Shown: positions 1-10,860, counted from the stretch's first letter. The stretch: 64,000 nt of DNA from Lachnospiraceae bacterium (GCA_031272185.1 JAISUG010000058.1:8203-72202); one strand, 5' to 3'. Made by a program: numbers and translations. Notes: a model not told the origin generated them from the letters alone.

Positions 1-801
1 GGGGCGGGAGCCCTGGCGGGGACCACATACCCTTTGGACAGGGAATACACCGCACGGGAGCTGGGGTTTGACCGCCCCACCCGCAACAGCATGGACAGCG
101 TGTCTGACCGGGACTATCTGGCGGAAACGCTGTCCGCATTGGCCATCGTCGCCATGCACCTAAGCCGCCTGTGCGAGGAGGTCATCATCTGGAACAGCAA
201 CGAGTATCGGTTCATCGAGCTGGATGATGCGTATTCCACAGGGTCTTCCATCATGCCCCAAAAGAAAAACCCGGACATAGCGGAGCTGGCACGGGGCAAA
301 TGCGGGCGGGTGTACGGGGATCTGGTGTCGCTGCTGGTCACCATGAAAGGGCTGCCGCTGGCCTACGACAAAGACATGCAGGAGGACAAAGAGCCTGCGT
401 TTGACGCCATCGACACGGTGAAAGACTGCCTGTCCCTGGTGGCGGGGATGCTGTCCACCGCCGTGTTTCGCAAGGACGTGATGGCAAGGAGCGCCAAGCA
501 GGGGTTCATCAATGCCACGGATGCCGCGGACTACCTGGTGGTGCGGGGCGTCCCGTTCCGGGATGCCCATGGGATAGTGGGATCGCTGGTGCTGTTGGCG
601 GAAAGGCGGGGGGTGGCCCTGGATGAGCTGTCGCCGGAGGACTTCCGCGCCGCAAGCCCCGTGTTTGACGGGGGTATCTATGATGCCATCAGCCTGAAGA
701 CTTGCGTGGAGAAGCGGCTGAGCGCCGGGGCGCCGGCCCGGGCCCGGATGGAGGAAGCGATCGAGGCGTACAGGGGGATGCTGGGGCAGGGAAAGGCATG
801 A
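1..801 (+). CDS. argH: argininosuccinate lyase, C-terminal part (5' end outside window)
   Basis: Frame 1 is open from base 1. Translation carries the fumarate-lyase signature GSSIMPQKKNPD and ArgH-like flanks. Stop at 799-801. Confidence 0.9.
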   Translation, partial: GAGALAGTTYPLDREYTARELGFDRPTRNSMDSVSDRDYLAETLSALAIVAMHLSRLCEEVIIWNSNEYRFIELDDAYSTGSSIMPQKKNPDIAELARGKCGRVYGDLVSLLVTMKGLPLAYDKDMQEDKEPAFDAIDTVKDCLSLVAGMLSTAVFRKDVMARSAKQGFINATDAADYLVVRGVPFRDAHGIVGSLVLLAERRGVALDELSPEDFRAASPVFDGGIYDAISLKTCVEKRLSAGAPARARMEEAIEAYRGMLGQGKA

Positions 802-840
802 GAAAATGAAAGGCGCCGCCGGACGACGGCGCCTCATTGG

Positions 841-2061
<1,221 letters not shown>

Positions 2062-2101
2062 GATGGTTTCCTCCATAGGTGTGCAGAACAAGATTTTTAT
2101 A

Positions 2102-2130
2102 AATATACATCATAGCAAAATAAAATGCAA
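2102..2130 (-). promoter_or_regulatory. candidate sigma-A promoter for argG
   Basis: On the minus strand: TTGCAT, 17 nt spacer, TATATT, in the AT-rich divergent argG/argC spacer. Confidence 0.5.
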
Positions 2131-2179
2131 GAGGAAATTTGCTTATCTCGCATATTCTTGAAAATTTATGTTTTTCCTA

Positions 2180-2208
2180 TTGACTTTCATGAATTGATTA
2201 CGTATAAT
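2180..2208 (+). promoter_or_regulatory. candidate sigma-A promoter for argCJBD
   Basis: TTGACT (2180-2185), 17 nt spacer, TATAAT (2203-2208), about 70 nt upstream of the argC start. Confidence 0.65.
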
Positions 2209-2231
2209 CCAGAAGATACGCTGTACTGTGG

Positions 2232-2267
2232 AATGTATATTATGCATTGCTGATGCATAAATATACC
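2232..2267. promoter_or_regulatory. pair of ARG-box-like palindromes (candidate ArgR/AhrC operator)
   Basis: AATGTATATTATGCATT (2232-2248; 7 of 8 symmetric pairs) and GATGCATAAATATACC (2252-2267, near-inverted copy) are separated by 3 nt and lie just downstream of the argC -10. They resemble the TGAAT-AT-rich-ATTCA ARG box. Confidence 0.45.
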
Positions 2268-2278
2268 GAGGGGGGCAT

Positions 2279-3334
2279 ATGGTAAGGGTTGGTATCATCG
2301 GTGCGACGGGGTATGCGGGTGCGGAGCTGGTGCGGCTGCTGGCGCCCAGGGACGACGTGAAGCTGGTCTGGTTTGGTTCGAGGTCATACATCGGGCAGCC
2401 TTATGCATCCATATACAAGGGGTTTTTCGGGCGCGTGCTGGAAAACTGCAGGGACGACAGCCTGGAAGAGCTGGCGGGGGAGGCGGATGTGATCTTCACG
2501 GCGACGCCCCAGGGGTTTCTCTCGGGGGCCCTAACCGAGGGGATACTGTCAAAGGCGAAAGTGATCGACCTGAGCGCGGATTTTCGCATCAAGGACGTGG
2601 CCACATATGAGAAGTGGTACCAGCTGGAACACAAGACCCCTCAGTTTCTGGGGGAGGCGGTGTACGGCTTGCCGGAGCTGACCCGCCCTGACATCCCCGG
2701 GGCCAGGCTGGTGGCAAACCCAGGCTGCTACCCCACCTGCACGTTCCTGGCGATATACCCTCTGCTGAAAGAGGGGCTCATTGACCCGGACTCCATCATA
2801 GTCGACGCCAAGTCAGGGGTGACGGGTGCGGGACGGGGCGCGAAAGTGGCGAACCTTTTCTGCGAGGTCAATGAAAACGTGAAAGCCTATGGGGTGGCGA
2901 CGCACCGCCATACCCCGGAGATAGAGCAGCAGCTCTCCCTGGTTGCGGGCAGGCCGGTGACGGTGAACTTCACGCCCCACCTGATCCCCATGGAGCGGGG
3001 GATACTGGTGACGGCGTATGCGACGCTGGGGGGGCGGGCAGGGGTGGGCAAGTACACCCAGGAGGACGTCAAGGCGGTTTACGAGAAATACTATGGAAAA
3101 GAGTATTTCGTGCGGGTGCTGCCCGGGACAGACCCCCCGGAGACCAGGTGGGTGCAGGGCAGCAACTTCGTGGATGTGAATGCCGTGGTGGATGCCCGCA
3201 CAGGCCGGGTGATCATGATGGGGGCCATGGACAACCTGGTGAAAGGCGCCGCAGGGCAGGCCATCCAGAACATGAACCTGATGTGCGGTTTCGAGGAATC
3301 CAAAGGGCTGGATGGGATACCCATGGGGTTCTGA
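2279..3334 (+). CDS. argC: N-acetyl-gamma-glutamyl-phosphate reductase
   Basis: MVRVGIIGATGYAG Rossmann N-terminus and active-site NPGCYPT motif. RBS GAGGGGGG lies upstream. Confidence 0.95.
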   Translation: MVRVGIIGATGYAGAELVRLLAPRDDVKLVWFGSRSYIGQPYASIYKGFFGRVLENCRDDSLEELAGEADVIFTATPQGFLSGALTEGILSKAKVIDLSADFRIKDVATYEKWYQLEHKTPQFLGEAVYGLPELTRPDIPGARLVANPGCYPTCTFLAIYPLLKEGLIDPDSIIVDAKSGVTGAGRGAKVANLFCEVNENVKAYGVATHRHTPEIEQQLSLVAGRPVTVNFTPHLIPMERGILVTAYATLGGRAGVGKYTQEDVKAVYEKYYGKEYFVRVLPGTDPPETRWVQGSNFVDVNAVVDARTGRVIMMGAMDNLVKGAAGQAIQNMNLMCGFEESKGLDGIPMGF

Positions 3335-3483
3335 TGATGCGGGGAAGAATATGGCGCTGATGATGAGAAAACGACGACGACGAAGTGCATCGCCCGACTG
3401 CGCAGCCTTAATGTGTGACAGGCTGTTGGGATGTTTCATGTGAGCGTGTGCATGATCGTATGCCTTATATAGAGGGGACGGAT

Positions 3484-4887
3484 ATGTCAGAAACTGTGGA
3501 AGAAAACGCGAACCAAATACATATAGAGGCGGAGCCTGGCGGCGTGACGGCGGCGAAAGGGTTCTACGCCGCATCCTGTGCGGCGGGCATCAAGTATGCA
3601 GGGCGGCAGGATATGGCCCTGATTTACAGCGATGCGCCCTGTTCATATGGGGGGGTGTTCACCCGCAACGTGGTGAAAGCCGCGCCGGTGGTGTGGGACA
3701 GGGAAATCCTGGCATCCGGCGGCTGCGTGCGCGCGGTGGTGGTAAATGCAGGGATAGCCAATGCCTGCACGGGGGCAGAGGGGTACGGGTATTGCAAGGA
3801 AACCGCCGCCTCGGCGGCAAGGGCCCTGAATCAAGGGATCACCGGCGATGGCATCCCAGTGGCGGATCATCGCGGCGAGAAATGGCCGGTGGATACAGCC
3901 GGGGCGCCAGGCCGTGCAGCAACGGCGGGCGGATCTGATGCGATGGGATGGGCTTCGCAAGATACGGCCATGGTCATGCCATCCCAGGTGCTGGTGGCGT
4001 CCACCGGGGTCATCGGGAAGCAGCTGCCCATGGAGAGGATCCGGGCCGGCGTGGAAATGCTTGTCGGGGGGCTGGAGACCGGCCCGGAGGCAGGGAACCT
4101 GGCGGCCAAAGCCATCATGACCACGGACACAGTGGAAAAGGAGGCGGCCGCCACGGTGGACATCGGCGGGAAGCCGGTGAGGGTGGGCGGTATGTGCAAA
4201 GGCTCGGGCATGATACACCCGGACATGTGCACCATGCTGGCGTTCGTGACCACGGATGCGGACATCTCCCCCGCGCTGCTGCAGGAGGCGTTGGCCGCGG
4301 ACGTGCAAGACACATTCAACATGGTTTCCGTGGACGGGGACACATCCACCAACGACACATTGGTGGTGCTGGCGAACGGCAGGGCGGGAAACCAACCCAT
4401 CGTGGAAAAGGGCGAGGATTACCTGCGTTTCTGTGCCGCGCTGCACTATGTGAACGAAACATTGGCGAAGAAGATCGCCGGCGACGGCGAGGGGTGCACC
4501 GCATTGTTCGAAGTGAAGGTGGTGGGGGCGGCGGATAAGGCACAGGCGGCCACATTGGCCAAATCCGTCATCGGCTCCAGCCTGACCAAGGCGGCCATCT
4601 TCGGGCACGATGCCAACTGGGGCCGGATTCTCTGCGCCATGGGGTATTCCGGGGCGCAGTTCGACCCTGAGACTGTGGATCTGTGGTTCGAGAGCGCCGC
4701 CGGGAAGCTGCAGATCGTGGAAAACAGCGTGGCCTGCGACTACAGCGAGGAGACTGCCACACAGATCCTCTCCTGCCCCGCGGTGACGGCCATCATCGAC
4801 ATAAAGGCGGGCGACGCCCGCGCCACGGCGTGGGGCTGCGACCTGACTTATGACTATGTGAAGATCAATGCGGACTACAGGTCGTGA
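3484..4887 (+). CDS. argJ: bifunctional ornithine acetyltransferase / N-acetylglutamate synthase
   Basis: GVTAAKGF...KGSGMIHPDMCTMLAFVTTDA (self-cleavage Thr context) and C-terminal CDLTYDYVKINADYRS. ATG at 3484 follows AGAGGGGA. Contains an extra segment of about 50 aa at about 3838-3984. Confidence 0.93.
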   Translation: MSETVEENANQIHIEAEPGGVTAAKGFYAASCAAGIKYAGRQDMALIYSDAPCSYGGVFTRNVVKAAPVVWDREILASGGCVRAVVVNAGIANACTGAEGYGYCKETAASAARALNQGITGDGIPVADHRGEKWPVDTAGAPGRAATAGGSDAMGWASQDTAMVMPSQVLVASTGVIGKQLPMERIRAGVEMLVGGLETGPEAGNLAAKAIMTTDTVEKEAAATVDIGGKPVRVGGMCKGSGMIHPDMCTMLAFVTTDADISPALLQEALAADVQDTFNMVSVDGDTSTNDTLVVLANGRAGNQPIVEKGEDYLRFCAALHYVNETLAKKIAGDGEGCTALFEVKVVGAADKAQAATLAKSVIGSSLTKAAIFGHDANWGRILCAMGYSGAQFDPETVDLWFESAAGKLQIVENSVACDYSEETATQILSCPAVTAIIDIKAGDARATAWGCDLTYDYVKINADYRS

Positions 4888-5077
4888 CAGAGGGCAGTTG
4901 GTAGGGGAAGGATCCGGGGTGTAGTGAGCAGGGTGAAGGGGACAGACCCAGGGAGCAGGGAACAGACCCGGGGAGCAGGGCACAGAGGAAAGCCCCAGGT
5001 TGCAAGGGATAAGGAATAGTGAATGGAGAGCCGCTGGGAAATGAATGGTACGGCGGATGGATCTTCGGGAGGGTAAC

Positions 5078-5983
5078 ATGGAATTGGACGCAAGCATTAT
5101 GCAGAAGGCGGAGGTGCTCATCGAGGCGCTGCCTTACATACAGCGGTTCAACCGCAAGATCATAGTGGTGAAGTACGGCGGGAGCGCCATGGTGGACGAG
5201 GAGTTGAAGCGGCATGTCATCCAGGACGTGGTGCTCCTTAAACTGGTGGGGTTCAAGCCCATCATCGTCCACGGCGGGGGCAAGGAGATCAGCCGCTGGG
5301 TGGAAAAATCCGGGATGGAGCCGCATTTTGTGAACGGGCTGCGGGTCACAGACGCCGCCACCATGGAAATCGTGGAGATGGTGCTGAACAAAGTGAACAA
5401 GAGCCTGGTGCAGCTGGTGCACGAGCTGGGTGTGCGCGCAGTGGGCATCTCCGGGAAGGACGGCAGGCTTCTGAAATGCGAGCGGCGGCTCTCCGGAGGC
5501 GAGGACATAGGGTTCGTGGGCAACGTGACACAGGTGGACCCAAAGATCATATATGATTTGCTGGAAAAGGATTTCCTGCCCATCATCTGCCCTGTAGGGT
5601 TCGACGACCATTTCGAGAGCTACAATGTAAATGCGGACGATGCCGCCTGCGCATTGGCCAAGGCATTGAAAGCCGAAAAGCTGGCGTTTTTGACGGACGT
5701 GGAGGGTGTGTACAGGGACTTTGCAGACAAGGACTCATTGGTGAGCGAGCTGCCCCTGTCCGACGCCAGGGCGCTGGTGGCCCAGGGGAACCTGGGCGGG
5801 GGGATGCTGCCGAAACTGCAAAGCTGCATCGACGCCATCGAGGAGGGGGTGTCCAGGGTGCATATCATGGACGGGCGCATCGCCCACTGCCTGCTCCTGG
5901 AGATATTTACCAACAAAGGCATCGGGACGGCGATTTTCCGGGATGGCGAGGCGCGGTATTACTGGGTGCACGAGGGCAAGTAA
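5078..5983 (+). CDS. argB: acetylglutamate kinase
   Basis: [11 protein letters not shown] amino-acid-kinase motif. ATG at 5078 is preceded by GGGAGGG. Confidence 0.93.
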   Translation: MELDASIMQKAEVLIEALPYIQRFNRKIIVVKYGGSAMVDEELKRHVIQDVVLLKLVGFKPIIVHGGGKEISRWVEKSGMEPHFVNGLRVTDAATMEIVEMVLNKVNKSLVQLVHELGVRAVGISGKDGRLLKCERRLSGGEDIGFVGNVTQVDPKIIYDLLEKDFLPIICPVGFDDHFESYNVNADDAACALAKALKAEKLAFLTDVEGVYRDFADKDSLVSELPLSDARALVAQGNLGGGMLPKLQSCIDAIEEGVSRVHIMDGRIAHCLLLEIFTNKGIGTAIFRDGEARYYWVHEGK

Positions 5984-6176
5984 AACCAGTGCGATAAAGC
6001 CAAGATGGTACGGTAAAGCCAAGACGGCACGGGGAAGCGTAGGCGTGCGGGGAAGCCAAGACGCATGGGAACGCCAAGACGGCACGGTAAAGCCAAGACG
6101 GCACGGTAAAGCGTAGGCGTGCGGGGAAGCCAAGACGCGTGGGAACGCCAAGACGGCACGGGGAAGCGGGAACCTG
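5981..6176. repeat. tandem repeat array between argB and argD
   Basis: Units built on TAAAGCCAAGACGGCACGG and GCGTAGGCGTGCGGGGAAGCCAAGACGC recur with a higher-order period of about 75 nt. The first unit (TAAAACCAG...) starts at the argB stop codon. Confidence 0.85.
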
Positions 6177-6228
6177 TGTGGAGTAGCAAAGGGCATCAAT
6201 GGGAAGCAAATGGAAGCGAGGTCGAGAT

Positions 6229-7437
6229 ATGGCAAGTGAAAAAGAGAAACAGATATCTGCGGCGGAATCGTATTTTTACAAGACCTACAACCGCTACCCG
6301 GTGATTTTCGACCACGGGGAGGGTGTGTACCTCTATGACAGCGAAGGCAAGGCGTACCTGGATTTCGGGGCAGGGATCGCCGTGAATGGCCTGGGGTACG
6401 GCGACCCGGAGTACACAGCCGCCATCCAGGGGCAGGCGGGGAAGCTCCTGCACGTCTCCAACCTGTACTACAACGAGCCATCCATTGCGGCCGCCCAGAA
6501 ACTGCTGAAAGCCTCGGGCATGGACAGGGTGTTCTTCACCAACTCCGGCACCGAGGCGGTGGAGGGCGCGCTGAAAGTCGCCAAACGCTACGCTTTCAAC
6601 AAGGACGGGAAAGGCGACCATGAGATCATCGCCATGCGCCACTCTTTCCACGGGCGGAGCTTAGGGTCGCTCTCGGTCACGGGCAACGACCACTACCAGA
6701 AGCCGTTCATGCCGCTTATCCCGGGCATCAAGTTCGCCACGTTCAATGACCTGTTCAGCGTGAAACAGATGGTGAACGACCGGACCTGCGCCATCATACT
6801 GGAAACCATACAGGGCGAAGGCGGTATCCACCCCGCGGAAGCGGATTTCCTGGAGGGGGTGGGCACCCTTTGCAAAGAGAAAGGCATACTCCTCATACTG
6901 GACGAGATCCAGTGCGGCATGGGGCGCACCGGGGAAATGTTCGCATGGCAAAACTACGGCGTAAAGCCTGACGTGATGACTGTGGCCAAGGCACTGGGCA
7001 ATGGGCTGCCCATCGGGGCGTTCCTGGCCAGGGGCGAAGCGGCTCAGGCGATGGTGCCGGGGGATCACGGGGCCACCTATGGGGGGAACCCCATGGTCTG
7101 CGCAGGGGCGGATGCGGTGCTGTCGATTTTCGAGAAGCGCAATATAACCGAACACGTGAAGAAAACCACCCCGTACCTGGAAAAGGCGTTGGATGAGGTG
7201 GTGGAGATATACGAGGATGTGGTGGAGCGCAGGGGCATGGGGTTCATGCAGGGGCTGGAGTTTTCCGTGCCGGTGGCGGAGGTGGTGACCACCGCGCTGG
7301 TGCAGGAGGGGCTGGTGCTCATCAGCGCAGGGAACACTGTGATCCGTTTCGTGCCGCCACTCATCATCGAGGAGAAGCACATCGATGAGATGAAGGAGAA
7401 GCTCTGTAGCGCCATCAAAGGGGCGGGGCTGAAGTAA
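6229..7437 (+). CDS. argD: acetylornithine aminotransferase
   Basis: Class-III aminotransferase motifs (FTNSGTEAVE, LILDEIQCGMGRTG, PLP-Lys context MTVAKALGNG). ATG at 6229 follows GAGG. Confidence 0.93.
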   Translation: MASEKEKQISAAESYFYKTYNRYPVIFDHGEGVYLYDSEGKAYLDFGAGIAVNGLGYGDPEYTAAIQGQAGKLLHVSNLYYNEPSIAAAQKLLKASGMDRVFFTNSGTEAVEGALKVAKRYAFNKDGKGDHEIIAMRHSFHGRSLGSLSVTGNDHYQKPFMPLIPGIKFATFNDLFSVKQMVNDRTCAIILETIQGEGGIHPAEADFLEGVGTLCKEKGILLILDEIQCGMGRTGEMFAWQNYGVKPDVMTVAKALGNGLPIGAFLARGEAAQAMVPGDHGATYGGNPMVCAGADAVLSIFEKRNITEHVKKTTPYLEKALDEVVEIYEDVVERRGMGFMQGLEFSVPVAEVVTTALVQEGLVLISAGNTVIRFVPPLIIEEKHIDEMKEKLCSAIKGAGLK

Positions 7438-7598
7438 CGCACGGTCCCGGCGGGGGGCGGCGGGTTGCTTCATGGCGTCGCTTCCCGCGGTGACGATGCA
7501 GTGACGATGCAGAGTGGGGGGGCGCGGGCGGCGCCCGACGGGCGTCGGGTTGCTTGGCGGCACCGCACCCAGCAATGACGGTCCCGGCTGGGGGGCGC

Positions 7599-7629
7599 AA
7601 AAAACGGCTTGGCGTTTGCCAAGCCGTTT
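7599..7629 (-). terminator. Rho-independent terminator (minus-strand orientation)
   Basis: AAACGGCTTGGC-GTTT-GCCAAGCCGTTT hairpin. It is followed by a T-run on the minus strand (A-run 7595-7601 on plus), downstream of the C11 peptidase gene. Confidence 0.7.
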
Positions 7630-7653
7630 CCCGTGGACGAAATATGGAGCGGT

Positions 7654-7747
7654 GCCCGTTACCGCAGCCCGTTACCGTCGCCCGTTACCGCAGTCCGTTA
7701 CCGTCGCCCGTTACCGCAGTCTGTTACCGTCGCCCGTTACCGCAGCC
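7654..7747. repeat. 13-nt tandem repeat, about 7 copies (GCCCGTTACCGCA / GCCCGTTACCGTC alternating)
   Basis: Read directly. The last copy contains the TAA stop (7737-7739, minus strand) of the C11 peptidase gene. Confidence 0.9.
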
Positions 7748-10673
7748 CCTGGGTCCAGATCTCGTTGCCGTATATGTCCGTGAGGCGGGCCATGGAGATG
7801 GCCGGGAAGTCGCCTGTGGGGACATTGGAGATCTCCAGGCCGAACCCGCCACCTTCTTCCCAGGCGCTTTCGTCGGGGACCGTGACGGTGCGCCCGAACA
7901 GGTAGGAATCCTGGTATTCGCCGTCATAGCTGTAGTAGTCGCAGATGAAGTCGATACTGTCGCCGGGGTTTAGCAGGGTGTCCACCTTGGCGGCGATGGC
8001 AGAGGCGTCGCCGAGGCTCGCCATGCCGGAATACTCCGTGATGGCCCCCGCCACCACGCCATATGGGTGGTTGTTGTCAAAGACGATGAGCAGGTTCATG
8101 CGCTTTCCATCGCTTTCCCCCGCTTTCGTGACCATGGCAGGCACGTAGCCCATGTAGCGGTAGGCGGCCAGCTCCCCCGACGCGTCGTACTCCTGCTCCT
8201 CTGAAAGCAGGTTGTAGGACACCGCCTGGCCGTCGATGGCCAGCCAATCGCCGCTGTAGGTGAGTATCAGGTTGCCGTCGTCGTCATAGGAGTAGGCATT
8301 GTCCACGCCCATGTCCATGTAGCCTTCGCCGTCGTCCAGGAACAGCCCCAGCGCCACATGCTGCACCAGGGACCATTTTTCCTCGGTCAGAACCAGCACG
8401 GTCTGGCCGCCGGTGGTCTCATACCCCAGGTCTGTCTCCAGGAGGCTGTTGGCAGCAAAGAAGCCGGAGGCTTTCTGCACCCTGTCTACATCCAGCCATC
8501 CCCCCACGTCCGAGGCGGTGAAGCTCTCGTGGCCGCTGCCTGCGGTGGGGGTGGATTTGCCCGAAAGGAACGAGGTCAACAGGGAGGAGACGATTTCCCC
8601 GGTCAGGTCGGAAGAAGCAGCGCCGCCGGAAGAAGAGTCGCCCAGCACGGATCCCAAAAGGCCACCTGCGGCGTCTTGGCTGCCGGAACCTGTGGCCGAG
8701 CCGCCCAGCAGGCCGCCCAGGAGTGAGCCGATGTCGTCGGAGGAGGTGCTTCCGGAGAGCATGTCGAACAAGCCTGTGCCGGCATTGGTCTCGGAGGCCA
8801 CGATCTGGCCGCCGGCCGCCAGGCTGGCGAAACTCTTGATGCACTCGGTGTATTCCTCATCCATGCCGATCTTGTCATAGGTGGAGAGGGCCGTGCTCAC
8901 CTTGCCGATCTGCTGGTAGGGGAAATAGATGGTCAGGCCGTTGGCATTGGTCATGGAGGAGCAGATGCGGTTGTACTTCACGCACCCCCGCAGCGCCTGG
9001 GCGAAAGCCAGGGACTCCTCCGTGCCCAGGTTCTGGGCGAAATGGATCAGGTCAATCTGGTTGATCTTCGACGACGTGGAAAAGTCCCGCGCCGTGGAGC
9101 GGGCGTCCGACACCCGTGTGTATTCGTCGCTGTCCAGCAGTTTCGTGGTGGAGGAGGCAAATTCCCTGAAGGCGTCCGGCACGGTGCCATGGAGCTGGGC
9201 AAGGTCCGTCACGGAAAGGGTGGCCTGGCTGGTGGGTGCGGACCGGGCGCTGGCGGTGACGAACCCGTCGATGATGTCCTTGGCCACGTCCACCGTGGGG
9301 CGGGAGGTGTCGGCGCTAAGGTTGGTGAGCCAGTCGGTGTAATACCAACCTGTGCCGGGCTCCGTGGCTTCCGATGCGATGAGGTAGTCCGCATAGGGTT
9401 CCACCACCAGGGCGGTTTCCAGGGTGGCCATCAGGCAGGCGTCGAACCCCACGAAATCGAACTGCACGCCGCCGCTTTTGAGCGCCGATGCAATCTCGTC
9501 GATGGTCATGGAACCGCCCGGGAACACCTCGTCATAGCCGTACCCGGTGATGGAGCCGCCGCCGTGGTCCCAAAGCACCAGCATGTAGCGGTCTGCCGGG
9601 TAGTGCTGCTTGCCATACTGTATGAAAGAAACCAGGGTGGCGGGGTCGGTCATGGCCTTGGCGCCCAGGTTGCTCTCCAGGGCTTTCAGCCCCCCGCTGA
9701 CCACTTGGTAGATCTGGTTGGTGGAGCTGCTTATCACATCGTTTTTCCATTTCTTGGCACCACCGGTTTCCACTATCAGATTCACGTTGCCGGCGATGGT
9801 GGCTTTGGTCATCTCCTGCAGGTCTGCCGTGGCCATGCCGCCACTTGACTCCAGGTCCGTGCCGCACATGTAGACCAATATGGTCACGGTGTCGGCGCCC
9901 CCGCCCTTGATGGCGGTGTATTTCCCCCGTGACGCATCAGCAACGGTGTAGTCGGGCTCATGGGATTTGTAGTCCGAGGCCAATGTGGTGTTTCCGCCGG
10001 AGCTGGCGGATCCCGTGAGCGCGGAAAGCACGCCGGAGCCGGATGCCCCCGATGACTCAGATGTGCCTGCACTCGATGTCTGGCCGCCGAACAGTGACAC
10101 CAGGTCGCCCAAGCCCGAAGAAGCGGCGCCTGAACCATAGGTGCTTGCCGCATCGGATGCGTTGCCGAACAGGCCCGAGATGCCTGCCGCGCCGGAGGTT
10201 GTCTGGCTGGCGGCGGATGGGGCCGTGGTCCCAGCAGTCTGCAGGACGTCACTGTCCCCGGAAATGAGGCCCATCAGGGAGCTGTCCCCCGAGCACGAGC
10301 GCATGAAAGAAAACACCAACACGACGACAATGATCAGAAGTATGATGGTGAAACAGCCGCAGCCGCCGCGCTTCCGGCCCCCGCCGGAGGAAGACCCGCC
10401 GCCGGATAGTGCGCCGGAGAGCAGGCCGCCGGCCACGCCGCCGATGAGGCCGCCCAGGAGGCTGCCCCCCATGCCGGTTCCAAGGGAACCCCGGTCGGAG
10501 CCTGAACCGCCGCCGAGGCTGCCACCGCCGCCGAGGCTGCCACCGCCGCCCAACCCGGGTCCCCTGCCGCCGCCTACGGGGCCGCCGCCCAGTCCCGTAC
10601 CCTTGCGGTTAAGGTTGCCGTTGCTGCCCGTCACTTTCTTGTCCCTGCCCTGAGGCCTATTTGCTGGTGCCAT
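7737..10673 (-). CDS. membrane-anchored clostripain-like (peptidase C11) protein with low-complexity linkers
   Basis: Catalytic dyad contexts LVLWDHGGG (His) and FVGFDACLMAT (Cys). N-terminal Gly-rich tract of about 100 aa, then TM helix CFTIILLIIVVVLVFSFM and Ser/Gly/Ala linkers. RBS AAGGAAAGGG lies before the ATG at 10673. Confidence 0.8.
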   Translation of the reverse strand: MAPANRPQGRDKKVTGSNGNLNRKGTGLGGGPVGGGRGPGLGGGGSLGGGGSLGGGSGSDRGSLGTGMGGSLLGGLIGGVAGGLLSGALSGGGSSSGGGRKRGGCGCFTIILLIIVVVLVFSFMRSCSGDSSLMGLISGDSDVLQTAGTTAPSAASQTTSGAAGISGLFGNASDAASTYGSGAASSGLGDLVSLFGGQTSSAGTSESSGASGSGVLSALTGSASSGGNTTLASDYKSHEPDYTVADASRGKYTAIKGGGADTVTILVYMCGTDLESSGGMATADLQEMTKATIAGNVNLIVETGGAKKWKNDVISSSTNQIYQVVSGGLKALESNLGAKAMTDPATLVSFIQYGKQHYPADRYMLVLWDHGGGSITGYGYDEVFPGGSMTIDEIASALKSGGVQFDFVGFDACLMATLETALVVEPYADYLIASEATEPGTGWYYTDWLTNLSADTSRPTVDVAKDIIDGFVTASARSAPTSQATLSVTDLAQLHGTVPDAFREFASSTTKLLDSDEYTRVSDARSTARDFSTSSKINQIDLIHFAQNLGTEESLAFAQALRGCVKYNRICSSMTNANGLTIYFPYQQIGKVSTALSTYDKIGMDEEYTECIKSFASLAAGGQIVASETNAGTGLFDMLSGSTSSDDIGSLLGGLLGGSATGSGSQDAAGGLLGSVLGDSSSGGAASSDLTGEIVSSLLTSFLSGKSTPTAGSGHESFTASDVGGWLDVDRVQKASGFFAANSLLETDLGYETTGGQTVLVLTEEKWSLVQHVALGLFLDDGEGYMDMGVDNAYSYDDDGNLILTYSGDWLAIDGQAVSYNLLSEEQEYDASGELAAYRYMGYVPAMVTKAGESDGKRMNLLIVFDNNHPYGVVAGAITEYSGMASLGDASAIAAKVDTLLNPGDSIDFICDYYSYDGEYQDSYLFGRTVTVPDESAWEEGGGFGLEISNVPTGDFPAISMARLTDIYGNEIWTQGLR

Positions 10674-10687
10674 GGCTATCCCTTTCC

Positions 10688-10860
10688 TTTCGTTCGATCT
10701 CGATGATCATGCCCACCCGGTGGGTTCTCCCGGCCAAGTGCGACGTGCTTAGCTTTCTTTGCGATCGCTTTCCATGATCATGTCCACCCGGTGGGTTCTC
10801 CCGGCCAAGTGCGACGTGCTTAGCTTTCCCTTCGCTCGATTTCCATGATCATGTCCACCC
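10688..10860. repeat. about 70-nt tandem repeat (2.5 copies) spanning the rpiB 3' end to the C11-peptidase start
   Basis: TTCCATGATCATGTCCACCCGGTGGGTTCTCCCGGCCAAGTGCGACGTGCTTAGCTTTC recurs. One copy is the last 12 codons plus stop of rpiB. Confidence 0.9.
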
